DNA from: a virus
Length of the DNA stretch: 40,349 bases
Direction: 5' to 3' (one strand)
Virus record (IMG/VR): IMGVR_UViG_3300037882_000094
Location: 1-40,349 of that record
Shown here: positions 30,836-39,137 of the stretch, piece by piece
Layout of the letters: the number at the start of each line of letters is the position of its first letter
Position numbering within the stretch: the stretch's first letter is position 1
Position numbers and translations under genes: made by a program
Notes under the pieces: generated by a model
Databases searched by the model: none
What the model was told of the DNA's origin: nothing
What the model saw: the letters and a program-made list of their open reading frames with translations, nothing else

Positions 30836-31528
30836 CTAATTAATTACTGAAGTGCCACGATACTTGTGACCTTCAAGGCTATAGTTAATAAAAGGATTAA
30901 GACTATAGACATTGCAACCATAAACTTCTTGAAGCTTTTGTTTTAATTGAATACTTTGAGCTTCAAATAAAACGGCACGGCTTTTAACATTATTAATGTA
31001 TTCTTCATCATCAAGCATAGTGTCATAAACATAGCCATCAACCCAAGCTTTATCATCAAGTTCACCACAGTCGTGTGCTACAAGAATAATATTCTTAGCA
31101 CCAAGATGTGCAGCCAGATGAATAGCAGAGGTTATACTAGACCAAGAAACAACCAGATGATTGTCCCCAGTAGGGAACTCATTTAATATATTAGTTTGTT
31201 TATCAAAGTTTTCGTTATGCTCAAACTCATACAAGTTATCAAACTCGTCAGATAATTTACCAGCACCATTGGCACCAGTATTACCATAAGAACAAACAAT
31301 CTTAACATCAGGCATATGTCTAGCCCAATGTTGTGCATCACTATGATACTTAGTAACAATGTAATTAGTAGTTGGTAAATATGATTCACCAACATTATTA
31401 ACACATACAGTTATCTTGTCTTTAAAAAATTCTTTGTCTATAAAGTTTAATGTTGGACCTGAACCTATCACATAAATGTCTTTATCTTTATGTTTGTTTT
31501 TTAATTCAGATACAGGTCTTAAACCCAT
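30836..31528 (-). CDS. GT42 / DUF115 (Cst-II / Maf)-like putative nonulosonic-acid-type glycosyltransferase
   Basis: DIYVIGSGPTLNFID (compare the GNGPSL..ID of Cst-II / MAF_flag10) and SSITSAIHLAAHLGAKNIILVAHDCG (compare TSG...A..LG.K.I.L.G.D). Confidence 0.5.
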   Translation of the reverse strand: MGLRPVSELKNKHKDKDIYVIGSGPTLNFIDKEFFKDKITVCVNNVGESYLPTTNYIVTKYHSDAQHWARHMPDVKIVCSYGNTGANGAGKLSDEFDNLYEFEHNENFDKQTNILNEFPTGDNHLVVSWSSITSAIHLAAHLGAKNIILVAHDCGELDDKAWVDGYVYDTMLDDEEYINNVKSRAVLFEAQSIQLKQKLQEVYGCNVYSLNPFINYSLEGHKYRGTSVIN

Positions 31529-31924
31529 TTAACTAGCTAAAATATCCTTTGGATCTACATCTTTACCAGCAGACCAACGAACATTATCCCTTGCCTCAAA
31601 GTGTAGGTGTGGACCAGAGGAGTTACCAGTGTTACCTGACTCACCAATGTGTTGTCCTTTAGTTATCTTATCGCCAGCCTTAACTAATGATTTAGATAAG
31701 TGTGCATAGATAACCCAAATATCTTGACCAGCAATCTTTTGTACAATTTGTGTACCATAAGACTTGCCCCAGTTAGCATTAGCTACTGTGCCATCGGCAA
31801 CAGCAAGAATATCTGTGCCTTCTTTACAAGCATAGTCAACACCAGTGTGATAACCTTTTGACCACATCTTGCCTAGTTTTTTGTAAGCAGTTGTAATCTT
31901 GCCATCTTTAATAGGTGAAGCCAT
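31529..31924 (-). CDS. M23 (LytM-type) peptidase, endolysin
   Basis: GYHTGVDYA (HxxxD), GTDILAVADGTV, YAHLS, and NSSGPHLHFE (HxH). It lies directly after a holin-like gene. Confidence 0.8.
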   Translation of the reverse strand: MASPIKDGKITTAYKKLGKMWSKGYHTGVDYACKEGTDILAVADGTVANANWGKSYGTQIVQKIAGQDIWVIYAHLSKSLVKAGDKITKGQHIGESGNTGNSSGPHLHFEARDNVRWSAGKDVDPKDILAS

Positions 31925-31926
31925 TC

Positions 31927-32181
31927 TTATTTGCCGCCTTCAGATTTTTTATTAGCACGTTTAAATACTGCATCTACTTCTTCTTGTGTAAGTTTGCCAT
32001 CATCCAAAAATGCTTTGGCTAAATCTGTAATAACCTTAGACACACCAAGAGCTCCAGCAATAAGAGCTGATTGAACTGGTTCAACACCAGCAAAAGCACC
32101 AGCACCAATAGCAGGTAATGCCATTGTTAAGAACAATGCAACAGAACGAAAGATTACATCTTTCACAATACTTAAATTCAT
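31927..32181 (-). CDS. Holin-like membrane protein (84 aa)
   Basis: Two hydrophobic segments plus a charged C-terminal tail (KRANKKSEGGK). It lies immediately upstream of the endolysin. Confidence 0.55.
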   Translation of the reverse strand: MNLSIVKDVIFRSVALFLTMALPAIGAGAFAGVEPVQSALIAGALGVSKVITDLAKAFLDDGKLTQEEVDAVFKRANKKSEGGK

Positions 32182-34346
32182 TAAGATAGTTTCCTTACAG
32201 TTAGTAGAAGTTTGCCACCAAAGCCATTGAATCTTTCACTTGGTGGTGTAGCAGAAAAGAATCTAATCTCTTCTATTAGAGCAGAAAAAGTTTCATCTGT
32301 TCTAAAATCTTGCACAACAACAATGTTGCCATTTCTTTCTAGTTCTTCTAAAGCAGTGATACGATCAAAAGCCCTATCATCCTCAGAACCAACAAGGTTA
32401 TTATATTTATCCATCTCCACGTCATAGCAATACAATGGGTATTGGATAAGTCTTTGTTTAAATATTGCAGGTAAAGCCTTGATTTGGTAGCCAGTCATAA
32501 TAGCACCATTAGCAGTATTGGCTGTGTCTCGTTTCAATGTGAACTTGAAAGCCAAGAACTCTTGACCACCAGTAGGTCTAGCCACACCAAGATCTTCGTT
32601 TAAGTTCTCATCGGTAACGTTATACAAAAGTGTGTCAACTTCTGCACCAGTAATACTATTAACATCAATAGTTGTTGTGGTGTTTAAAGTTCCACGAACT
32701 TTCAAGAACTTAAAGTATTTGTTTTCTAATGTGGCATAACGAATGAAACCTGTGCGTAAGTATCCTGTTGAAACAAGTCTAGTTGCTGCCTCAATGTAGT
32801 TATAATCTGATGCTACAGCAAATATCTTACGATCAGAATTACCTAAGAATGCTACAGCTTTACACTGTTTAGCAACATTCTTAAAGATGTCGTGAGCATA
32901 AGCAAAGCGAAGAGGACTAATCTGTTCTGATAAATCAATACGAATCAGACCACCCTTGCCGTTAACCTCAGCAGTAGCCCAAGCAAATCTATCTCTGAAA
33001 GCAAAGTCGTAGACTGGTTGTTCTGTCTCTGCTACTAATGGACCATAAGCTATAGATCCATCATCAGGTGAGATTGTTGCTACACGGATACCCTTAGAAG
33101 TACCGATAAGCATATAGCCTAAGTATTGTTTGATTGAGTAAATTAATTCACCATCTGGCATTTGTGCTGATACAACAGCAGATGATAGCGAAGTGATAGC
33201 ACCAGCATCAGACAAAGTAAACTTGTAAATAGATGATTGTGTGCCAGCATAACCTGCAATATAAATTGCTGCACCAGATTCTGCAATACTTGTGAAAGTA
33301 TATGAAGTGTTAGGGTGGGTAAAAATTGGGGAAGGGAGAGAGGAAGATGTTGGGGTTAGTTCATAAACCTTATTATCAACAGCAGCAATAATGCGACCTT
33401 TAACCCATTCCATTATTGTTTTACCTTCAGAAGAAACAATACCTGCATCTTTAAAGATCAAAGTATCAGCAACAGTTGAGTCCCCTGTTAAGGCTTTCTT
33501 ATAAAAATATCCTTTATTAACACCAGAATCTAAATCATTAGTCAACCAGTATGCTGTAGTACCGTCATCACATATTGCATACACTGGGTCTTCGGTACCA
33601 GCATTGTAATCAATGAAATGAATAATGTCTGCTGTTCCTGTACCTACAGGAGACACTGCAGTTGAGGTAACATTGGATGCTGTTTTTGCGTAAGTAAAAG
33701 TTGTTGTTGTTGGAACACCAGTAACACGGTATTCACCATTGAATGTGGCATCAACACCAGTAATATCAACTTGCATACCAACAGCTAAACCGTGTGCTGC
33801 AGTAGTAGTTAAAGTAGCAACGTTAGATGTTAATGCTTTGTTGTTGATTGAGAAAGTTATTCTAGGAAAGATTTTGTCAACATCGTGAGCATCAAGAAGT
33901 AGTGCTTCGTCTCTGTTTGATTCACGAATGGATCTAAGCTTTAAGGAACTTGAAGTAGTTATGTGGCTAGTATCAACATCTTTAAGCAAACTTGTTTGAC
34001 CTTTAGTCCAAACATCCACACCCTCAGAATCCTGAAACCTGAAACGCAAAGTCTCGTCTTGACTTGGTTCAAAGTACTTAGCTCCAGCTCCTAAGTGAAA
34101 TGATGATTGCGATCTAAACCACCAGCCTGTGAATGATTGTTCACCTGGTTCTGTGGTTTGGTCTATCTGTTCACGTTTAGATGGTGCTGATTCTCTACGA
34201 TATGGTTGTTCATCTGTGGCAGCAATGAAGAATGGTTTGTCGTTTATTGCTATGTCGTATGATACTGAATCTAAACCATAGAGTTGTGTGTCTGTTGAGA
34301 CGGATAGGTCAATGGCTAATGCTTCGGTAATATCATTTATTGCCAT
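32181..34346 (-). CDS. Large tail protein (721 aa; putative tail hub/nozzle-type)
   Basis: Track ORF and the largest tail-module protein. It contains a small beta-insertion (LTTTAAHGLAVGMQVDITGVDATFNGEYRVTGVPTTTTFTY) of a type common in tail proteins. The specific role is not established. Confidence 0.5.
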   Translation of the reverse strand: MAINDITEALAIDLSVSTDTQLYGLDSVSYDIAINDKPFFIAATDEQPYRRESAPSKREQIDQTTEPGEQSFTGWWFRSQSSFHLGAGAKYFEPSQDETLRFRFQDSEGVDVWTKGQTSLLKDVDTSHITTSSSLKLRSIRESNRDEALLLDAHDVDKIFPRITFSINNKALTSNVATLTTTAAHGLAVGMQVDITGVDATFNGEYRVTGVPTTTTFTYAKTASNVTSTAVSPVGTGTADIIHFIDYNAGTEDPVYAICDDGTTAYWLTNDLDSGVNKGYFYKKALTGDSTVADTLIFKDAGIVSSEGKTIMEWVKGRIIAAVDNKVYELTPTSSSLPSPIFTHPNTSYTFTSIAESGAAIYIAGYAGTQSSIYKFTLSDAGAITSLSSAVVSAQMPDGELIYSIKQYLGYMLIGTSKGIRVATISPDDGSIAYGPLVAETEQPVYDFAFRDRFAWATAEVNGKGGLIRIDLSEQISPLRFAYAHDIFKNVAKQCKAVAFLGNSDRKIFAVASDYNYIEAATRLVSTGYLRTGFIRYATLENKYFKFLKVRGTLNTTTTIDVNSITGAEVDTLLYNVTDENLNEDLGVARPTGGQEFLAFKFTLKRDTANTANGAIMTGYQIKALPAIFKQRLIQYPLYCYDVEMDKYNNLVGSEDDRAFDRITALEELERNGNIVVVQDFRTDETFSALIEEIRFFSATPPSERFNGFGGKLLLTVRKLS

Positions 34347-34359
34347 TTAATCTAAACTC

Positions 34360-34545
34360 CTAGGGTAAAGGTATTACTGCAAATGGGTCGTAGTCAAATA
34401 CTGAATTGTATTCTTCTTGTGTCATTTCTATTGGGGTTATGTCTTCTTTGCAACCACCACATACTGATGGGTTAGTTGCTTCAGGCATATAATAGATAAC
34501 ATCTTTATTTGCACATTCATTTTTATCACATATTAATTTAAACAT
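34360..34545 (-). CDS. Zinc-ribbon-like small protein (61 aa) in the tail module
   Basis: Track ORF with C6, C11, C29-x2-C32. Confidence 0.5.
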   Translation of the reverse strand: MFKLICDKNECANKDVIYYMPEATNPSVCGGCKEDITPIEMTQEEYNSVFDYDPFAVIPLP

Positions 34546-34991
34546 TATGCTACCTCGTATACTCCGCTATAAGTTATTGAATCACTTGTTGTCCAGTTAA
34601 AAGGAACTGAACTTGTTATTTGACTTAATGTTCCATAAGTTCCACTAGCATTTATTACACCTAAATAAAATCCGCTTTCCCCAATCCAATAACCAATTGA
34701 TGGAAAGATTGAACCATTAGCATCAATCATTTGACCAACCATACTTTTAGAAACTACTCTTTTACCAGTAACAGGTAAATTTAAAAAACTATTACCACCA
34801 GTTATAGAAGTAGTTGAACCAAAAACTAATCTAAATTCCCAAAATACTGTTTTACCTATTTGTCTATATGCTGCACTAACAGTACCATTACCTACAGTTA
34901 CATCAGATAATGTTGGTGTCCAGGTAGTCCACGCAGCATTGGAAACTACATCTCCAAGGTCTCTGGCTTTAGTCATTTTATATACCCACAA
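34545..34991 (-). CDS. Tail-fibre-associated / receptor-binding-type beta protein (148 aa)
   Basis: Track ORF. Beta-rich and visibly A+T-rich in its coding sequence. WTPTLSDVTVGNGTVSAAYRQIGKTVFWEFRL is a pattern seen in fibre tip domains. Confidence 0.45.
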   Translation of the reverse strand: MWVYKMTKARDLGDVVSNAAWTTWTPTLSDVTVGNGTVSAAYRQIGKTVFWEFRLVFGSTTSITGGNSFLNLPVTGKRVVSKSMVGQMIDANGSIFPSIGYWIGESGFYLGVINASGTYGTLSQITSSVPFNWTTSDSITYSGVYEVA

Positions 34992-35196
34992 TCTGTTTCG
35001 CTTCAGCCTCAGTCAAACCCAAAGCCTGTAATTTTGTTAAAGCAGATTCCTTAGCAGCAGCCTTAGCATCCTGCTCAGCCTGTAGTAAGGCAGATTCTGC
35101 TTGTCTTAGTTCTCTATCTGCAAGAAATGCTTCAAGTTCAGCACCCTGCAGTTCAATACGTTCACTATTTCTATGTACGAATATTTGTTCAGTCAT
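34978..35196 (-). CDS. Coiled-coil small protein (72 aa), fibre-associated
   Basis: Track ORF with LQAEQDAKAAAKESALTKLQALGLTEAEAKQIVGI. Confidence 0.5.
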   Translation of the reverse strand: MTEQIFVHRNSERIELQGAELEAFLADRELRQAESALLQAEQDAKAAAKESALTKLQALGLTEAEAKQIVGI

Positions 35197-35204
35197 TGTT
35201 ATCC

Positions 35205-36113
35205 TTATTTATTAATTCCATATGTTGAAATTGTGCCAGTTATAGTGCCGCTATTAGGTACTAAAGTAAAACCTGTATATGCTGTTGATAAAGTATGAGA
35301 ACCAGCATTTAATGAAATTCTTGCATTATCTAATGACCAAGCATTTTGAGAAGAATATTGTGTTGTTGCTGCAACATTTGGTCTATAAATATATGCAATA
35401 CCACCATTGTAACTTGTGTCATTTCTAAAAATATCCCAACTTGTATTTGCAGTTCCGCGACCAGCGCTAACAGTTGTATTTATAGCATTTAATGTTTGAT
35501 AACCATAGTTTGAACCTGAAGCATCAGTTGCAGAAACTCTTAATCTTAATCTTAAAATTTCATCTGTTGCACTTGAAACGTGATTTATTATTAAACAATA
35601 ATTTTCATAAGTTGAACTAAACACATCATCAACATTAACAGCAGCAGAAGCACTAAATGTTTCAGTCTTAATCAAAGTCATACCACCATTAGCCCACTTC
35701 AAACCAGAAGTCTCACCACTAGCAGCAGAAAGCAATTTACCATCAGTACCAACAGCCAACCTACCAACAGCATCAGCCCCAGTACCAACCAACAAATCAC
35801 CCTTAGCATCAACAGTAGAAACAGTCAAAGCATTAGCAATATTGAAAGGAACATAAGCAAACACCTCAACCACATCAGAAGCCACAAGAGCTGTAAGAGA
35901 TCCAACAGAAGTACCATTGGTTGCTGTGTAGTCTTGCCCACGTACCAGGTTCACACCGTTTAAAAACACTTGTTCTAAACCTACTGTGTAGGACAAGGTT
36001 TTGCCGTCAGCATCTGTGCCACTGACTGATGTTTCTCCACCTGTTGCCACGTATCTGTAGCGTGTTAGTTGTGAGGTTGTGCCTACACCAACGTTGAAAT
36101 TATTAATTGCCAT
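35205..36113 (-). CDS. Tail fibre protein (302 aa)
   Basis: N-terminal anchor pattern RYRYVATGGETSVSG...LEQVFLNGVNLVRGQDYTATNGTS...SDVVEVFAY, then the KGDLLVGTGADAVGRLAVGTDGKLLSAASGETSGLKW hinge motif common to phage fibres. The C-terminal half is A+T-rich. Confidence 0.7.
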   Translation of the reverse strand: MAINNFNVGVGTTSQLTRYRYVATGGETSVSGTDADGKTLSYTVGLEQVFLNGVNLVRGQDYTATNGTSVGSLTALVASDVVEVFAYVPFNIANALTVSTVDAKGDLLVGTGADAVGRLAVGTDGKLLSAASGETSGLKWANGGMTLIKTETFSASAAVNVDDVFSSTYENYCLIINHVSSATDEILRLRLRVSATDASGSNYGYQTLNAINTTVSAGRGTANTSWDIFRNDTSYNGGIAYIYRPNVAATTQYSSQNAWSLDNARISLNAGSHTLSTAYTGFTLVPNSGTITGTISTYGINK

Positions 36114-36254
36114 TAGTTGTTTCCTTCTTGTTGTGCATCGTAAACAGATTTAGGCATAGAGGTAAACTCATTGTTTCCTCTGTTAATTATAACGTGTTCA
36201 GTTACTGAACCATCCATAAGATTAGTTACTTCTATTATTTTTATGTTTTCCATA

Positions 36255-37457
36255 TTATAACTCCGCACTAAAACCAAGGTAAGAAGCATTAGCAGAATTA
36301 TCGTGAATTATTCTTGCTGCTCTTCCACTTGAAGCACCAGTACAAGTACCGTTTATACTCCAGGCTCTTTCATTACCAAAATCTATAACAACACTTGTAA
36401 AAGAATATTGACCATTTGATGAGTCTTGTATTTTTAGATTACTAAAATCTATAGATGTTGGAAACACTCTCATTTGTACAGGTGGTACAACTGTTAAATC
36501 TGCTCTATTAGATGCTAAAGTCATACCTGCTGGGCTAAATGAATTACTTCCTGATGATTTTGATTCTCTAAAATAATATCTTTGACATCTTGCAAGTTCA
36601 GCATCAATAGGTAAGAACTCAAAGTCTGTAGCAGTATTACCAACTTCAAGTTGTACACCTGTTATTTGCCAGTAGTTGTTTGTTGATGCTGCAAGATTTG
36701 TTTGACCAACAGCACGGTTAGCATTAGTTACTGCTCCCCAAGTTGTTTGTAAAGTACCTGAAGTAAAATTACTTCCAGCAGCCAACCAAAAACTTAAAAC
36801 TAAACTAAGATTATTATCACTATCTAAAGCACCAGTAGTATCAGCAGGAATAGTCATTGTTTTCTTTTCCCAAGTTGCTGAAGCACTAATTGTGTATGAA
36901 TTATTATAAGTTCTAGAGTTATCAAAATCTTCAATTTCAACAATATATGTTCCAGTAACATTTGATTTAACCCAAAAGGAAACAGTTAATTGTTTAGCAG
37001 AAGATGTTCCTTTAGCAATTTGTTGAACATTTTGACCTTCTAAACGATGGTCAAACTTTAAAAAATCTCCAGCAGCAAGACTTGCATCAGCAGTAGTACA
37101 AAGCATCTTTGTAGATTTTCTAAAACCTGAACCTGTTGGTGCATCATTTTCTACAGATTGAGTCCAAGTACCTAAAGTATTAATTCCTGTTAACCATCTG
37201 TCTGAAGTATAATAATCACTAGTTGTAATAGAAGTTTTAGAAGTACCACGTTGTGCAACCTGCATAGCACCATTGATAACAATGTTTTTAAATGTAGGAG
37301 GATGAATCAAAGTACCAACAGGATTACCAGAAGCATCAACACCAGCAACAGTAGTACCAGCAGTATTCTGCAACTCCAAAATATTAGTGGACTGACCACT
37401 GGATGCTTTAGAAAGCAACTGGTTAGTAGCACCAACATTTAAACGATTAACAGCCAT
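36255..37457 (-). CDS. Tail fibre / receptor-binding protein (400 aa)
   Basis: The N-terminus MAVNRLNVG resembles that of the 302-aa fibre. ELARCQRYYF is a motif I associate with podophage fibre-like proteins. The C-terminus is beta-rich. Confidence 0.6.
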   Translation of the reverse strand: MAVNRLNVGATNQLLSKASSGQSTNILELQNTAGTTVAGVDASGNPVGTLIHPPTFKNIVINGAMQVAQRGTSKTSITTSDYYTSDRWLTGINTLGTWTQSVENDAPTGSGFRKSTKMLCTTADASLAAGDFLKFDHRLEGQNVQQIAKGTSSAKQLTVSFWVKSNVTGTYIVEIEDFDNSRTYNNSYTISASATWEKKTMTIPADTTGALDSDNNLSLVLSFWLAAGSNFTSGTLQTTWGAVTNANRAVGQTNLAASTNNYWQITGVQLEVGNTATDFEFLPIDAELARCQRYYFRESKSSGSNSFSPAGMTLASNRADLTVVPPVQMRVFPTSIDFSNLKIQDSSNGQYSFTSVVIDFGNERAWSINGTCTGASSGRAARIIHDNSANASYLGFSAEL

Positions 37458-37786
37458 TAAACTATCTCACTTCCGAAAGCGTTGAAACTTAAATCAGCAG
37501 TTGAAGCATAAACAGTAATAACATCAGCAGCATTCAAAGTAATACCAAGAGTTAATGCTGTTGAATCATTAGCCGAAACAGTAGCATCATAAGCAATATA
37601 ATGTTGATTTGCCTGTGAAGCACCATCAGGTCTAACTGATATGCGATATGTTGCAGCAGATGCTGCACGATTACAAACAACAATAGTAGAAATCACTGCC
37701 TCAGTAGCACTAGGAACAGTGTACAAAGTAGTTGCTGTTGTTGCACTAGGAGCAGATTGCCCAAGCACCTTATAGGATGTAGCCAT
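37457..37786 (-). CDS. Small beta-sandwich virion protein (109 aa)
   Basis: Track ORF with start/stop coupling (ATG at 37786; its stop overlaps the next start). Confidence 0.5.
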   Translation of the reverse strand: MATSYKVLGQSAPSATTATTLYTVPSATEAVISTIVVCNRAASAATYRISVRPDGASQANQHYIAYDATVSANDSTALTLGITLNAADVITVYASTADLSFNAFGSEIV

Positions 37787-37794
37787 ATTTTTCC

Positions 37795-38247
37795 TTATCC
37801 TCCCATCAAAAGTAGGGATGAAACATTATCGCCACTACCTGTGGCGTTTAATATTGTGTTCGAATTAAAATCAATAGTTTTATTAGTAAGAGTCTGTGCA
37901 TCACTTGTGCCAACAACAGAACCAGTAACACCGTGAACACCACTCGATGCAGCCATATGATTCTGTGGCTCTTGTAGATCGCGAGCTGTGATCATATGTC
38001 TTACTTCAGAACCAATAGCGTGTGAAACAGCAGAGGTTCCATCTTGTGCTCTAGCAATATTAACAGTTGTACCAGCATCTAAAGAAAGAGCAGTAACTAT
38101 TTCTTCATTGGTGGTATCTGGTTCTATTACTAAAGTGAAAGGATAAGCAGGAATACCTGTAAGGTTATTCAACTGCATTGTAGTAACACTTGAGTTCATA
38201 GCAAGAGCAAGTGTTTTAGCGTCTAAGGTTGAAGTATAATTTCTCAT
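37795..38247 (-). CDS. Tail/fibre-connector-type protein (150 aa)
   Basis: ARAQDGTSAVSHAIGSEVRHMITARDL...HGVTGSVVGTSDAQTLTNKTI is the R..GT.A..H..G..V.H...A.D...Q.LTNKT pattern seen at fibre N-termini. Confidence 0.5.
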   Translation of the reverse strand: MRNYTSTLDAKTLALAMNSSVTTMQLNNLTGIPAYPFTLVIEPDTTNEEIVTALSLDAGTTVNIARAQDGTSAVSHAIGSEVRHMITARDLQEPQNHMAASSGVHGVTGSVVGTSDAQTLTNKTIDFNSNTILNATGSGDNVSSLLLMGG

Positions 38248-39137
38248 CGACTGTAGTGAATCCTTATTGGGTATCTATCTCTCAGTTTTCTTGACTCCTC
38301 ATCTAGTCTTTGTGTATACAAAGCTAATAAGTATCTTGCAGCATTAGTGCCAGCATTAGAAGGAATCTTGTTTGATTGAATATCTGCTTCAGGTGCTGTA
38401 AGAGTTAAGCGACCTGGATCAATCATAGATGCCATACGATAAGCTGCACCATAAACAATTACATCTTTGCAAGACAAAGGCAACCCAGTAACATCCTCAT
38501 AATCGTCTTGATCTATTTCAAAAGTATCAGGGTTAGTTGTGTAGAATACTTGAACAGTTCTTCCTGGAGTAATTACATCATAGATTGACAAAGATATGTT
38601 TGAATTAAATTCTGTAGTGTTAGCCATTGGATCTATGCGCCAAGATCTAACTGGATACCATTCCTCGGTTGGACCAGTAGATTGCCAGGATACAGCTAAT
38701 ACTTTTTCAACATCATTAGGTAAAGGATAAGTTAGCTGTGCTGGAGTGTAATCAAAAGTATATGTTCCTGTAGAGAATAATGTTTCTCCTACAGCTAAAA
38801 CTGTGTCGTTAATTGCTTTCTTAATATTGTTTCTAGGATAAGTTGGTTTAACAATAACTTGTGTACCAGAAGTATGGGAAGACTTTGTTGTACCTAAATA
38901 GCCTCTGCCGTAAGGTGGGATGGTGATAACACCTGTTGACTTGTTGTATGAGTCAACCCAAATAAGTTCATCATCAATTTGGATAATACCTTTAGCAACA
39001 TTGTCTGCTGATGCTAAAGTCATACTTGTAGCAGTTGAGGTCACATTAGCAGTTAAATGTGTTGACCTGTCTTGACGTAAAGTAAAACCTTGAAGGTTTA
39101 ACGCTACCTCATCAACCAGTTCTTTAAACGTTGGCAT
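38244..39137 (-). CDS. Virion structural protein (297 aa; adaptor/tail, role uncertain)
   Basis: Track ORF that overlaps both neighbours. Contains IIQIDDELIWV...GRGYLGTTKSSHTSGTQV. Confidence 0.45.
   Translation of the reverse strand: MPTFKELVDEVALNLQGFTLRQDRSTHLTANVTSTATSMTLASADNVAKGIIQIDDELIWVDSYNKSTGVITIPPYGRGYLGTTKSSHTSGTQVIVKPTYPRNNIKKAINDTVLAVGETLFSTGTYTFDYTPAQLTYPLPNDVEKVLAVSWQSTGPTEEWYPVRSWRIDPMANTTEFNSNISLSIYDVITPGRTVQVFYTTNPDTFEIDQDDYEDVTGLPLSCKDVIVYGAAYRMASMIDPGRLTLTAPEADIQSNKIPSNAGTNAARYLLALYTQRLDEESRKLRDRYPIRIHYSR

Noticed and set aside
36114-36254. A 46-aa minus-strand ORF that I first read from the ATG at 36253 in the gap between the two fibre genes
   Set aside because: Base-by-base re-reading shows ATG GAA AAC ATA AAA TAA, a stop after five codons. 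My first pass had mis-copied two bases. Only micro-ORFs remain (16 aa from 36218, and 22 aa at 36103-36171 behind an AGGAGG). I therefore treat the gap as non-coding.
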